A DNA stretch of 64,000 bases from Acanthaster planci (lineage: Eukaryota), in contig NW_019091359.1 in assembly GCF_001949145.1 (NCBI RefSeq), forward strand, positions 3,894,460 through 3,958,459. Reading direction: 5' to 3'. The position numbers and the translations under genes are program-made. This document shows, piece by piece, positions 39,401 to 51,100 of the stretch. The notes under the pieces were generated by a model that ran no database searches, was not told where the DNA came from, and saw only the letters and a program-made list of their open reading frames with translations. Position 1 is the first letter of the stretch, and the number at the start of each line of letters is the position of its first letter.

Positions 39401-42400
39401 GAGATTACACAAAGATATCTTATTGTCATTTTGCATATTTTGAAGTTTTTGAGATTGCAGAAAAATTGGAAATGTAATCAAACAAATTCTAGAAATATTC
39501 AGGTATTTGCTTTTGCAAAGCCATTTTGTGAGCCTCCCTTCCAGTTTTCTGGCTCCAAGTGTAGCAAAGCCTTTCCTGTCCTTCAGTAAAAATTTGATTT
39601 CAAGAAACATGCCTATATCATTGTCAATCCTTGAGGGAACATATGCATGTATGTACGGTACATCTGCATGTACATGGTACATATGTACATGTACATGTAC
39701 CACTCTCTCTTTTTTCTTTGCTTTGATTATACTGACATGTATATTTACTCTCTTCCCCTGGGATGCTTATTACAACATAATTGAATTTGAGCCTAACAAA
39801 ATAACCAGAGCTACATGTAGTAATGTACACACCAGTACATGTGCCTGTTTGCCCCATTTCTCCCAAGTGGTTCTGTTGTGCTGTCTACCCATGTACATGT
39901 ACATGCACATGAATACATGGCTTTGTGAGTTGTCATTGTTTGTTGGTGTTTTGGATGAGACATTGTGATAAAAGGGTTGTGGTGTTCTTGCTTTTTCTCA
40001 GTCTACCATGTCTTTTGCTGGAATTTTTCATAGTTTTGAGGTCAAATGCTGTCAATGTATTGTATTTTATTTCAAGTTGTTGTTGAAAACAATTCGGTAG
40101 ACAGGCTTCAGAAGCACTGTAACTTCTATGCCAAAAACTAGTGAGCCATTCATGTGAAGGACTATTGTTGGTATCTCTGAGAGGATACAGTTTGAACTGA
40201 ATATGTTGGAGAGGGCTTTGTCCGAGAATTTGACCCTTGACCTCTGAGTTGATCCTCCACCAGACCTTTTCAAGTCCGAATGAAAATCCGCTGCACTGAT
40301 CTAGGCCAGGGTGCCACCACGGTAACGGCGCAAGGTAAGATGGCTGGCCTTCTGCCTGCAGCTTGTTGCCATGGTAACCAACCTCCAAAAGAGAAATGGT
40401 CAAATGGAAATGAATTAACCGTAATCAAATGATGCATGATCATAAAAAAATGAAATTAAGAGATACTGATGGGAAGAACAGCCTGTTGAACTTTGCCAGT
40501 GCTTGTTGTTATTACTGCGATGCATGGCCTTAAAAGGTTTGATTGTATTAAAAAACCCTTGAAAGATTTGATAATGTTTTTCCTCTGCAGCATGAGTGCG
40601 AGGAAATGACATAAGTTACCCTGCACAATGCATTTTGTGCTGACTGTTGCCGGTAGGATGTGCATGGCTTTAATTGCATTTGACCCCAGAAATCTGGCTG
40701 TCTGGATTAAATCGAAACATGGTCTCTCAAGTTGGATTCTTCCCCAGAAGTTTTGTTGAGAATAAAATTTAATCCCGACGGCAGGCTTTAGCAGTGATTG
40801 GTTCAGGTTGTATCAGGAAAGTCGTACTTGGCTACCAGACTTGTCTCTGGGCATTCTCCTTTTTTTTGGATCTGTACATGTATTTATGCATTCTTTTCAA
40901 ACCTTTGGGTTACCTAAGGCAGGTGACAGATACATGTACATGTATTACATGTACCTCGTCATTGGGGAATGTCCAGAAAGGGAAATCTTCAGGCCGCAAG
41001 CACAAAAAATAATGCTGCAGAATGATTGCCCTAGATCTCTGACAATTCTTATCCCTTAACTGCTCAAGGATACAATTGGTACATGTATTTATTAAATCAA
41101 CCGGACAGACTCAAACAAATTGCAGGAAATGCTTTTTCTTTCCCTGAGGTCTTCCATGAAGTTAGATTAACCCAGTTTCTGTGAGATTGAAGTTTGTGTA
41201 ATGAATTAAAATATTTATTTTTGAGTCCTAGGTATTCCTATTTGGCTTTGTTACAGCAGTAAAACAGAAAGGTGTTTTTGTAGCTTCATTACTTTTGACC
41301 AGTTAACTTGAGCATACTGTGGTGACACATTTGGAGATACAAGCAGCGTTAAATGTCCTACAAGTAGGTTGGATGAGCATCTGTGCAAAAGCCTGAAGGA
41401 CAAGTGTAGATCCATACCTTTCAACAATTCTACTTAGTCCACTTGATGAGATCCCTATGTGTATCATCTAGAATTCATTCATTTAGGTGTTCATGCAACC
41501 TTCAAGATTATCAGGAGAAATTTGAACATTTTACTCATGAGAATGACATGTTATTCTGAGTGTTTTCACGAGATGGATTGTACACTGGAATTTGCTGTGG
41601 AATGCATTATCATTTCCATGATAAATTCATTTGATACTATCCTCTAAAACGCCTGTTGGCCTGTGTATTTGCTGTGTGAATTACATTTGCTGTGTGTAGA
41701 AGAGTAAAATACACATGATTTACAATGTATATTGAGACACTGTAGCAGACCACTGCAAAGCTGCAAGGGAATGGTAGAGAAGCAGTGCATTTATCCTTGT
41801 TGTATGCGACATGTTCCATTTTTTATATTGGGTGTGTCATCTCATTTCTGTGTAAATCTCTTATATGACGTCCTCTTTGGTTCCTATGGGAGTTTGTTTA
41901 GTTGCTTTTCTAAAGGTCACAGTATTGTATTGACGCTCGCTTTTCTTGGTGTTCAACTTATAAGGTGCTTAAAAAAAGGTGGCCTGATTTCATTTTCTGT
42001 GCCCGAGATAGTCTTGTTTATGTTGCGTCTTCTGAATCATTTCCTCTTGGTGCAAGTGGACAAAGAGAAGTAGACTTGATGTTAGACACACACCTGCTGA
42101 TAGTCTGGTCATTGATCTCAGTCTGGGTCCAGTTCTCTGATTTGATTGGCTGGAGTGACTGTTTCCTTCCCACAGTCACTGCCCAAGGATTCTCGATCAA
42201 TCTTCTTTATATTGTCAGGAGGGTGTGGCACTAATGCATATACATTGTTATTCATCATCCTAGAAACAAATGTCAAAGAAGACGAAGCGCATTTTACAAA
42301 AGTTTTTAAGATGTTTTAAGGAAAATGTCAAATTTGGTATACATGTAGAAAGCAGTGCATGTATTTGTTATTGATAAATTGTGAAGTTAACCAAATTTTG

Positions 42401-42965
42401 TTGATATGGATGGTTTACTTTGCAAATGAATTGAATAGTTTGTGGCTTTTTGATGGACCCATTTTCACTCAGCTGCAATGCACAAGGCATTTTTATCATG
42501 TTTATCAGTAAATCTAAGGTATATCTGAAGAAGTCAAGAGGTTACCAGTTCTACCAGTACATGTACAATGTACATGCTGTTGATCTGCTGTCATTGGCAG
42601 TGGAAACTGTTGGAAAGAGCTAGAATATGAATACAAATATGTTTAACATTCTGTAATCAATGCCGAAAATGTGCAATACATGTTTTTGTTGAGTGAATAT
42701 TATCCAAAAGAACACTTACAGTTAACCAGCTGAAGAGTTTTATACAAAGGACTTGTGCTGGGAGGTAAATGTCAATTATGTGTTTTGATAATCAACTGTT
42801 TGTATTGCCTTCTACAGGGTTTCACGTGACTCTTTCTCCGCATCATTAGAAGATTTAACATATCGTGGGGATGCTGGGGAATCTTTGGCAGATAGCTTCA
42901 GTGAGGAGATGTTGACATGGCTGGAGAAACATGAGGGAAATCCACAATCAGGAACATTAGTTTGA
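274..42965 (+). CDS. FRMD4A: FERM domain-containing protein 4 (FRMD4A/B family), multi-exon gene; 5' exons lie upstream of the window
   Basis: Exons 274-451, 4266-4345, 6147-6296, 28531-28675, 29079-29155, 29974-30072, 31094-31232, 32783-32939, 33492-33631, 34222-34353, 34852-34995, 35324-37071, (39198-39275), 42818-42965 join in frame through GT-AG introns. Peptides match recalled FRMD4A/B motifs (NWLQLDRKVLDH, VFELAAYVLQ, SLPTYGVHFYE.KDK.GIPWWLGLSYKGI, QHQFYLD, LCLKEAE.TGELP, C-terminal GTLV). Probably co-orthologous to vertebrate FRMD4A and FRMD4B. Confidence 0.93.
2235..2335. repeat. Three ~38-bp repeats (TAACGGGCAAGAGACGC core) followed by a GC-rich tract to ~2530; probable transposon fragment
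   Basis: Cores at about 2236, 2272 and 2310. Confidence 0.55.
2695..3140. repeat. Dense (CATGTA)n-type degenerate microsatellite field; motif dispersed through the FRMD4 introns
   Basis: Many tacatgta / gtaccggtac palindromes; source of the spurious HVHV/TCTC/MYMY ORFs. Confidence 0.9.
4266..4345 (+). CDS. FRMD4A: FRMD4 exon, FERM-M (GDIEVDSETVFELAAYVLQATDGDFI)
   Basis: ccag acceptor, AG|gtaagg donor, phase 0 to 2. Confidence 0.93.
4367..4845 (+). repeat. Dispersed repeat copy 1 (~470 bp, hairpin at one end)
   Basis: Reverse complement aligns by eye to 53355-53770 (e.g. gataatgcccgctg, tggatacgagacagtttaatt, gacttcttttgac, tttatgaatgggaataa, gctcaggaga). Confidence 0.75.
5759..6020. repeat. 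Tandem repeat, 3 copies of an ~80-95 bp unit
   Basis: tgaatgatgcacaagggatt...aaccatcgttaccttgtttgaatga repeated three times. Confidence 0.9.
6147..6296 (+). CDS. FRMD4A: FRMD4 exon, FERM-M (DAKARNDLKTLPVLP...LREHPSLPYCEEKII..YRQLKGLSRGQAII)
   Basis: ttatag acceptor, gtaagt donor, phase 2 to 2. Confidence 0.93.
6303..6558. mobile_element. MITE (~256 bp) with long imperfect TIRs and 4-bp TSD AAGT
   Basis: Left ggtaattccagaaattag...ttttgtgtccctgttacatatgac is the reverse complement of right gtcatatgtgacagggacacaaaa...ctaatttctggaattacc; aagt flanks both ends. Confidence 0.8.
6751..7776. mobile_element. Non-autonomous DNA transposon (~1.03 kb), PIF/Harbinger-like TIRs
   Basis: TIRs aggcctattcacacgagcgccga (6751-6773) and tcggcgctcgtgtgaagaggcct (7754-7776), 22/23 match; CpG-rich interior; no transposase ORF. 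Superfamily inferred from the GGCCnnTTCACAC start. Confidence 0.78.
8534..9082. other. Assembly gap (N run)
   Basis: Run of n. Confidence 1.
16268..16635. mobile_element. Palindromic (foldback) MITE, arms about 140 bp
   Basis: aataagccttttgcgagttaactttga...aacttgaattc...cactgttgctatacctcgtgattt.gggcaagcttt mirrors aaagcttgcccc.aatcacaaggtaaagcaacagtg...gaattcaaatt...tcaaatttaacttgcaaatggcttatt. Confidence 0.75.
18773..19207. other. Assembly gap (N run)
   Basis: Run of n. Confidence 1.
19994..20439. mobile_element. Tc1/mariner (pogo/Tigger-like) MITE, 446 bp, TA TSD
   Basis: TIR cagtggaacgccgttataacgaaca versus reverse complement of right end cagtggaacgctgctataccgaaca; TA on both flanks. 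Confidence 0.85.
21410..22450. mobile_element. Foldback DNA transposon with ~390-bp inverted arms, internal subrepeats and 7-bp TSD TTCTGAT
   Basis: Left tatggaggacgaaaagtggccatctgcttttctgctatcagaatagtagaaaagc mirrors right end gcttttctactattctgatagcagaaaggcagatggccacttttcgtcccccata; AAAAGTGGCCATCTGC occurs 3x per arm; ttctgat at 21403-21409 and 22451-22457. Confidence 0.85.
24461..24613. mobile_element. Small hAT-like MITE (153 bp) with 8-bp TSD GGCTGATG
   Basis: ggctgatg at 24453-24460 and 24614-24621, CAC...GTG termini, internal aaagtgg..gggg motifs near both ends. Confidence 0.65.
26425..26937. other. Assembly gap (N run)
   Basis: Run of n. Confidence 1.
28015..28385. repeat. Degenerate TTTCACA-motif repeat array
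   Basis: tttcaca/tttcat motifs recurring every 10-30 bp. Confidence 0.55.
28531..28675 (+). CDS. FRMD4A: FRMD4 exon, FERM-M/FERM-C (YMQLVESLPTYGVHFYELKDKTGIPWWLGLSYKGIGQYD...PRK)
   Basis: ttgcag acceptor, AG|gtaagc donor; seen in ORF track 28535..28756. Confidence 0.95.
29079..29155 (+). CDS. FRMD4A: FRMD4 exon, FERM-C (VFQWRQLQNIYYRDRKFYIEVIDPR)
   Basis: gttag acceptor, AG|gtaagg donor, phase 0 to 2. Confidence 0.93.
29327..29637. mobile_element. Palindromic (foldback) MITE
   Basis: gacctatggtgggtatcaaacaccagcaaacat...gcaaagtgtgtcataag mirrors cttatgacacactttgc...atgttgttgatgtttgatacccactataggtc. Confidence 0.75.
29974..30072 (+). CDS. FRMD4A: FRMD4 99-nt symmetric exon, acidic insert in FERM-C (VVHTLSNLNLYEESLEEDIYDELSDAIADPTT)
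   Basis: cccccccag acceptor, gtaagt donor, phase 2 to 2, open and protein-like. Confidence 0.8.
31094..31232 (+). CDS. FRMD4A: FRMD4 exon, end of FERM-C (VSVSKRTFG...HAWYGSPVMVKSMWTMAVRQHQFYLDKKHSK)
   Basis: cacag acceptor, AG|gtgaga donor, phase 2 to 0. Confidence 0.93.
32490..32560 (+). mobile_element. Degenerate L2-type LINE/SINE 3' tail
   Basis: tgtaaagcactttgagcatcc...ggcactatata...aaata resembles the gtaaagcgctttgag...gcgctatataaat tail. Confidence 0.45.
32783..32939 (+). CDS. FRMD4A: FRMD4 exon (ERYPAQRSFNQIANELT...KDAKEA)
   Basis: atcag acceptor, gtgagt donor, phase 0 to 1; resembles FRMD4A RSLSEIAIDLT. Confidence 0.87.
33492..33631 (+). CDS. FRMD4A: FRMD4 exon, coiled coil (RKELVEALKARKVVLQDTLQEKLENLRQLCLKEA)
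   Basis: ggcag acceptor, gtgagt donor, phase 1 to 0. Confidence 0.92.
34222..34353 (+). CDS. FRMD4A: FRMD4 exon, cytohesin-binding (CUPID-type) region (EITGELPIEYPRIPGEPLPRPKTRVTTAFTL)
   Basis: attag acceptor, gtaaga donor, phase 0 to 0; resembles ELTGKLPVEYP...GTAF. Confidence 0.92.
34852..34995 (+). CDS. FRMD4A: FRMD4 exon (DEGLSRLEGEYEIQSKITTAAMKLANDPTISKKVRKTRRDSYKKSAQR)
   Basis: ttcag acceptor, gtaagt donor, phase 0 to 0. Confidence 0.92.
35324..37071 (+). CDS. FRMD4A: FRMD4 large exon, low-complexity Ser/Pro-rich tail with PPPSY motif
   Basis: 586-aa ORF 35315..37075; cttcag acceptor, AG|gtgagt donor, phase 0 to 2. Confidence 0.9.
39198..39275 (+). CDS. FRMD4A: Candidate FRMD4 78-nt cassette exon (LPSFTALEGRSHMVRLHEERPPSYQ)
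   Basis: Pyrimidine tract plus ctag acceptor, gtaaga donor, phase 2 to 2, open frame, GC/CpG higher than surrounding intron. Confidence 0.55.
42818..42965 (+). CDS. FRMD4A: FRMD4 terminal coding exon (VSRDSF...LADSFSEEMLTWLEKHEGNPQSGTLV*)
   Basis: ccttctacag acceptor in phase 2, TGA at 42963-42965; C-terminal GTLV as recalled for FRMD4B (class I PDZ ligand). Confidence 0.85.
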
Positions 42966-44553
42966 TACAGACATCACAGCTAGACGGGCAGAATCTGAAT
43001 GCACGGAGGTAAGGGAACATTGATCAGACTTAGGTAAGGGGAACAAGTACATGTATTGGGCCAATACTATTGGCATAGTGTAATGTTAGTGCTGTCAAAG
43101 GGCTGTGCCTTGCTGGCCGGGGCAGCTCCATTGAAGCCAACTCAACAACTTGGAGTTTTGTAGACGTAGCCTATCTGTCCTTGTGAAGAAGCCATTTCAC
43201 CAGTCCTGGCTTATTAATGTGAGTAATTTAAAAGTGATACCCAGGATGTTAGGTAGTGCAGTATTGGATTTTTTTGCTTGCAGGTGATGAGGAATTGTTA
43301 ATTCCCAATGTAGTGACATAAGTGCACAATTTCATGCTTTTTTTGACTGGGCACTCAAACAATGCTTTCCCCATTTGGCTTGCTGTACGATATTCAATTG
43401 TGATTATCCTCTATGCTCTCAACTTTCACTTACCTTTCTTCTAAGGATTTTATTTACTGTTTTGCAGAGAGTTTCTTCCTTCATGGCCTGGCTTCCCAAC
43501 ATTTCCTGACTGATGATGATTATTTCTGCTGGCAGAATGGTATCAGTTTGTACAACTCCATGACTGGTTAGACTTTAGCTCAGAATGTAAGATGGATGAG
43601 TCTGTGGCCATACCAATGTGTGAATGATTTAGCTAGCTGTAAATATCTCTGTGTAAATTATTACTGTCCTATCAAGTAGATTGTACATATGTATTATTTA
43701 ATTGTTGGGATAACAAATGTTAATAAACAATGACTATAAGTTATATTTTTTATGTTTACTATTTTGCATTTTTTAATTGGCTGATTTTAGAATGTATGGT
43801 TTTTCTGAACTCGTACCAAAGTTGCATCTGTTTGAAATTTGTATGTTGGTCTCATTTTTTAGTTTTTTTCAATATTTCAATTTTGAAATCAGACATTCAC
43901 CGAAACCCTCGAAGTAAAACATCAACAATTCTTCTCATTCTTATTTACAAACCTTTTTATCGATAATTTTACAGAACCTTTATTGAAATACAGATCCAGT
44001 GGTTTTGAAATTGTTACAGGTAACTTTAAGTCATGAACCTTGAAAGTATTTTAATGGTATGTTTGTGTTTTAATGACCTATGTACTTACACCCCTAAGTG
44101 GAGTATGCAAATCGGTCAGGGAATGATTAACTCAAATTATTAGTTCATCGGTGCATATGATATTACTTCAACAAAACAATTACTCTTTGAAAATGTTACG
44201 AATTTGGAGCTTGATAATTTGTCCTTGTCAGGTGTACAATAGTTGTAGACTTGACTTTGTGTGAATGTTTGACTTTATGGCAAAACTCCTTATCCCCCAT
44301 GCCTTGATCAATCCTTCAAATATTGCTACAATGAGTGACCTTTGATGCTGACCTTTAAATCAACCTTTGATGATGCTTGCTAGAAAGGTATTTTCTTAGC
44401 TTGTTTTTGCTGTGCTGTAAAATCAGGTGAAAGTGACTTAGATCATAACTGATATAAACAAGAAGAAATAGATGGTGAACCTGTATGCTTGAAGACTGAA
44501 AACATTGTCTTTTCAGCAAATTGTTTCAATGTCAGGTCTGTCATCTTAAAATG

Positions 44554-44559
44554 AATAAA
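44554..44559 (+). promoter_or_regulatory. Candidate polyadenylation signal AATAAA of FRMD4 (another at 43722-43727)
   Basis: Hexamer about 1.6 kb downstream of the stop codon, after a T-rich UTR-like tract. Confidence 0.35.
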
Positions 44560-45173
44560 CAAACATTTCTCTGATTCCACAAAAATAACCAGTCGACCAG
44601 ATCAAGTTTTTTTTTTACATTTCGTAATTTCAAAGAATGAATAATTCTGATTTAGACTGGCTGATTCTAATTCCATTCGCTTAAACAAAAATGGTTTGAG
44701 CAATGTATTGAAGTGTTTTCTGGAATGTGACGTGTTATCTTGGACCCTTTGTGTAGCTTGGTTGCACAGTTGGTCCAAACTACAACTTTGAAGGCGAATT
44801 TTATGATACATGTACATATACATGTCTTTTGGGTAGTCTAACACTTGAACAGGCACATTTGTGTCTGCACATCAGAGGAATAGTCCCAAAAACTTTAACT
44901 ACTCGAAATGTTCACATTGAGGGATATTTGTCTCCTCACTCTGCATGTACGTGTACCTCTTGTAGGAAGGGTCTCTAGGTTTGTAGTCTTCATTTTTTGG
45001 GTGTAAACATTTTGGACTAATGCTTTGACATTAATCATCTGTCCTGTTCTGCAGAAGTGAGTATCATTGTGTTGGTTTAGTTAGTGTCTTGTTTTTTTAA
45101 GTTATTGTGTAAGAAGTACTTGTTCATGTACACTGTGCAGTGTAAGCTTCTGGTGGGAGAGGTTTTTTAAAAT

Positions 45174-45179
45174 TTTATT
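45174..45179 (-). promoter_or_regulatory. Candidate distal polyadenylation signal (AATAAA on minus strand) of HCF
   Basis: tttatt on + near the left edge of an A-rich(+)/U-rich(-) tract extending toward the HCF stop. Confidence 0.25.
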
Positions 45180-48100
45180 TAGATAATTTTTCGGGCAAGA
45201 AACATGGACAGATGACAATACATTTCTAAATATTACAAATTATAAGATAAAGCCAACGATTTGAGACTGCACAAACAAAATCATATAAATATATACAGCA
45301 AAGACGAGAAACTTTAGGAAAACCTGTCGAAAAGCGCAATCCCAGATCAACAAAAATGTGCCATATGCAGGCCGCAGGATTGCCCAGAAAGCCGAATTAA
45401 GGCTTACCGAGAGGCTCTTCGACTGCATCAGTACAAATTTGCAAAAACAAATGAAAAGAAAAAGACATTACAAGAAAGGATCAGAAACAACCATATTATT
45501 AAAATAGGCTAAAAACCCATTGAAGGTGGTTGCAAGTGCCTGTCCATGAAATAGACCACATGAACAATAAAAAAAAGGTAAAAGATAAAACCCAACCACG
45601 AATTACCCAAACCCACACAGAGAAACAAGCCAACAAACTTGTTCATGTACATTTGAGATGACTCTGGGAACAGTACACTGCATTGTATTGGTGGACTAAC
45701 CTTATGCCAGCTTTTTTCCAGATGGATAAAAAGTGCAGACATTGTGTACTGAGGTGATCGAAATGGTCATGGGTATTGGTCATTATCAGACTTTGATACT
45801 CAATTATTATATGAATATATGAAAATACCATTCACCTACCTTGTCCATGATCTTGACAGTTCTTGTCGGTCAAAAATCATTAGCGATTTCAAAGACTTCA
45901 TTGAAGGTAAAATGTTGTCATTGGTAAATGGTGTTAACCTCAAACCCTGGTACATGTATAACATTGAAAATTGAAAGTTGTATGATGGTGATCCAACTTT
46001 CAGTAGTATAAATATTTGTGCCTTTTTGTCAAATTTGATCTCTTACAGTAAAGTGTGAAGTGACTTTGTTTCCACTTTTTCTCATAGAAAGTGATTATGT
46101 CAGTTAAAAACTGCATGATCACCAACAAATGTGTCCACCTCAAGATGAGTGGCCAAGAACTGATGTGATTATAATGTTCACTGATTGTATGTGATCAAAA
46201 GTAAAAGAAAAAAGTAGTTTAAAATGGAGTGATCTAACATGAGTTTGATGTAAAGGGTGGTTGTACCGGTACTTAAATAAGCACCATGTTTGCCTTTAAT
46301 TTTACATTTCATTCTTTGAGATAAAAATGTTAACAGAGAGTTAAATACCATAGTGGCACAAGTAAACTTTATGCACTCCAGGATGCCAGCCTAGGGTACA
46401 GATTGGCCCACAAAAAACAAAATTGACTGTAAAAATACAAGTGCAATATTTGTGTTTTCAGACATGTTTGTCAGAACAAATTGTATCTGCTCGGTAGTAG
46501 GTACAAGAAGTAAAATTTATACATGTAGTTTCCAGAAGTGTTGAAAATTAAAGAATTTTGGAATGTTACCAGCGTTACAGTGCCTCCCTACCTGTTTATT
46601 TTTTCAATAATTGTTTTATGAAGTGAAACATCAGATTCCTCCCAAACTAGTTGGTTCTTAATAATTGATAGCTGTGACTGACAGATTGTGAACTGCCACA
46701 AATAACATACTTCATAGTTGTCACTAAGTATACATACATGTAGGTCAAGATATTGTTTCAGTCCATTAATTTTAAGCTCTATTTGAAAAATGCATTAGTT
46801 GTTTGTTTGTTGATTGCCATGTGGGATTCATAACTTTTCATATTTGAAGTATTCAAAATGCCATTGTTTAATTTAAAACAATTTAATTATGGATTTTGTT
46901 GCAGTATTGTTGACTGTCCAAATCCCTGGAAATAAGAATGGTGTTAATATATCAAAAAGTATTGAAAAGCTTGTTTTATATTTGAAAACTAGGGAATGAA
47001 TCTGGAACTTATTGTCTAAATGTGATTTTAAGAATAAATATCCAAAGATCTGACTGAATGGTTTGGGCCTTGTCTTATTCTTGATTCCATCTTACATAAC
47101 GTTACTGCTTAACTACTACAAAGTACACTTCATAAAAGTTCAACAATAAGTATGTGTGACATGATGATCAAGTGATATAAATTATAGAGAAAGGATCATT
47201 TACAACGTTGTGTTTTGCGTGCTCTGTTCAGAGGAAATGATTGTGTCACAAATTCAAGCATTTATCTACTTTTACAATGTAAAAAGTTGCCTGACTCTTA
47301 AAAGGGCCTTTCTTGGGACTGTATGATGAAAAAGGATAACTGCGTTCGAAATATGTTTGGGTAAGCCACAGACAGAATCAATTGCTTTCCACAGCAATAT
47401 ATCTCTGTCAGTAGTACATAATTATTAATTGTTCAAAACTTCTACTTGTGCATCAAGTGGGTAAAACTTGTGGTCTGTGAACACAGAAATGCACAAATCA
47501 TACAGAGGAAATGCTTTACAGTTTAAAAAGCATTGTTTTTATTACGATGACACAATATCAATTTTCTACCATCACGAAGAATGTATAATGTGCATGGTCA
47601 TAGGAGACACTGAATTTACAGTTACGCTTCCCATTCAGAAAACCTGGATTTTTCCATCGCTCATTAAAAACTCTTTTTCCATTCAATTCTTTAACAGAAA
47701 CGTTCTTGAAATAAAGCATTACACTTCTCTGCAACTTTCTTGGTCATAGTGAAGTCAAACAGATACCTTTTGCAGCATCAGTACATTTGTTTCTGCAACT
47801 TTAAAGATTGAGTTTTTAAAGTAACGTGACTAGCAGTCCATTATTTTTAAAAACACAGCTAGTCTTCACTGATGAGCCCACACAAAAGCAGAAATTAGGA
47901 ATACTAAGCCTACTTTCTCAGATGCATTTGCCCTTGAGACTTACATTTAATAGTCACCATTGCCCTAAGATATCAGGGTTTCATTTCTTTCGCTAAAGAG
48001 ATTAAATTTGTGAATGTGGAAGCCAATTTCAGTAATGCAACCAAAACCTATGAAAAGGGCATACATACACCTTTCAAATCACCACTGACTCCACTATTCT

Positions 48101-51100
48101 ACACTGCCACAAAGTTGATGTCTCAAACACAAGTACTACAAGCCAGTTGAAGTTCACTGTCATTAGTTCTCGGATATTTTGCTTGGCAAAGAAAATTTTC
48201 TAGGCAATGTGTTCACCTTAGAGGCTCTACAAAACTTGGCCAAGGCTATCTTGAAGTATTAAATAGGACCCAATGTGGGTCACATAAATAAGCCTAATTT
48301 GGTGGAACGGGTATTGAAAAGAAAAGCTGAACTTACTGCATAGCAAAATTCTGTGTTAAGCAAAACAGAGAACCATTTGCAAACAACATGGCAGGTATTG
48401 TACTTTACTGAGCCCAACTGCACACACTGCTGTAATGATAAGTTTGGCAAATGAATCCTGTCAATGCTGATGTGTACTAAGAAAATGTATGTCATTCCAG
48501 TGACATTTCAATCTAACTTTGCAAGTTCAATTACTGTGTTCATCTATCAACAAAGTACATGTACATTCAAACGAGCTATCATTCCATGCCACAAGTAACC
48601 CAGTACTGGTTTGTTTCTTACAAAAGAAAACCTTCAACCCTTCATTTTAGGAAAATGGTGGTAAGAAGTAAAGTATAATTTGGCAAAAGTATTCCAATTT
48701 ATTCTGCCTTGTAGCCTGTTTGTTTGTCTTCTAAGTCTTAGTAATAAACACTTACTTTCCAAGCCAAGTTGCGCAACACCACTCTGATATTATCGGTTCA
48801 TATCTTGTCCTGAATCCCAGCTGGTAATTACAGTATGCAGTTCTCATTATTCATGTAAAAGTGACACTGATTTGTTCATCCTGACCATATTTGTACAAGA
48901 AATCTAAATCATCTAAATGTAACCCTCCCCCCAGAAAATCCTGTTCTTTTGTCTCAAAATGGCAAAAAAGAAAACCACTTAATGTGAAAGAAACTACAAG
49001 CTATCAGAAATGAACCAGGAGTTATTTACATATGTCCACTCACAAACACACATAGACTAAATCTCATTTTCTGTAATAAATCCTATTCTTGCTTAAGAGG
49101 GGGGCTACACTGCACTATGGGGTAAATAAATCACATTTTAAACTATGACTTTCTGAAACAAATAATTTTCGCCAACATTTATGGGAAGCTCCAATAACTA
49201 ATTTCAAGTACTCTCAGTTATCATGTACATCCTTGTGTTTTGTTATATTATCTTTTAATAGTTTGTGTGTTACACGGAAAATAGCCTACACCAAATTATG
49301 CTTTGGGGGAGTGTAACTATTACCACATCACATTAACTTCAGTTTTATTTCAAGGCAAACAAAAAAATAAAAAAATAAATACGTCCTTGATATACACAAT
49401 GACTGGCCTGTGGGGGGGCATACATGTAATGACAATTTGCTCATATATTTTTGATGACATTCAGTAACCTCAATACTGAATTATTTTGCAACAAATCTCA
49501 CAGTAGCTCGTAAATTATAAATGCTAACTACTAGCTCCCCAAATCTATGCTACATTAAAAAGAAAAAAATCATTTTATGACCACAACAGAGATAACTATG
49601 ACAGAGCAATAGTTGATGTTAGATACCACAAAAAAGATCCTATCAGCATGCAAAAACACAACCAAAAATACAGGAAAAGGTATTGTACAATGTTGTTGGT
49701 TTACTTTTTTTTACAAAAAGACTTACAACCCTTAGTATTTTCCTTATGATTCTTTATTTTTTCATGTCTAAAACTTACAAAGATAGAAATCTAGAGAGTT
49801 TTCCTCAACAACTTGGCACACATGCAATCTGTCTTGATTTTCTATACAGTGTGGCAGACTGGACATTGTTACTTCAAGTTCCTTTTTTTTTACTGCACAA
49901 TACGAATAAGGAAATTTACATTTGAGACTGACGGCTTCACATGAGGGATTACATGTTTCACTGACATCTTATAAAAAGTATTTCATTTCTGTGACAGGAA
50001 ATTTCAATATGCAAATACCCATTCATTACAATGTATCATCTGCCATGTTGCAGGTTCCCATTAAATGTCTCACATAAAATCCAACGAACAGCACGGTGCC
50101 TGAATTAAAAGTTAAGTCCCCATAACCTCATTTTGAATATATTAAAAAAAAAAAATTGAATAAAACCCTCTACTTTTCGACAAAATGGCAGATTAATTTT
50201 AGATTTTACTATAAGAACAATGAAACACCTAGAATGAGAAAGTAATGGTACGGTAACATCATACCTGTCTTTCCATATTGGTAACACAATGGGGAAATTA
50301 TTTATGAATTTGTGCACTTGCTTCTGTTGCCAGCACCACTTTTCTATTGTCTTCCTTTCTGAATGTGTTAATTAAAACTTGCAATAAAAGCATGTGATTG
50401 CTGTGTTTACCCTGCTTTTGTTTTAATTTCAAGCTGACAACTTACAAAATATACTGGCAATAGACAGGCGCAACTTTGGTCTCGAGTCAAAAAAATTCTT
50501 TACGTCAACAGTAAAAAAAGGTAAAGGTCAGGAAGATGATATGCAGCTTACTCAAGATTCCTTCCAGCCATTCACTTTCAAAAACTATTAATACTTGTTC
50601 TTAAAGTTCGAACAGATGAAATTTCCAATTGTTTGTGATGAAGTCTTGTAGCCAGTCACATGTCTATCAGAGAACCACTCACTAATAAACCTGTTTTATT
50701 ATATATACAGCCTTCTTAATTCCAAAAACCGTCATTCCATCTAATATCACTGTCAGGTCCACTATTATGACAGCCAAACCACAACCAACAGCAACTTACA
50801 CAGCAATGTCTTTCACATGTACATGTAGTTGGTGCTTTATCCATATGCAACAATTAGATGAATTATACTTTGCATAAGGTGAACAGTCCAGAGTAAATCC
50901 ATAGGTACAAGTCAAAGTTGAATGTCTGTACTCAAAATGATTTCTGAATTATTTTTCTTCTCAAAAACATCTGAAGTTGTGGAATATTCTCACAAAGATT
51001 CAGATCTATGACGATGATGATGGATGTTTTGACAGGACAAGCTGATGTTCAAATTATCTGCAATATGTTTACTTCAAACTGTTAAGATGAAGATCATGTA

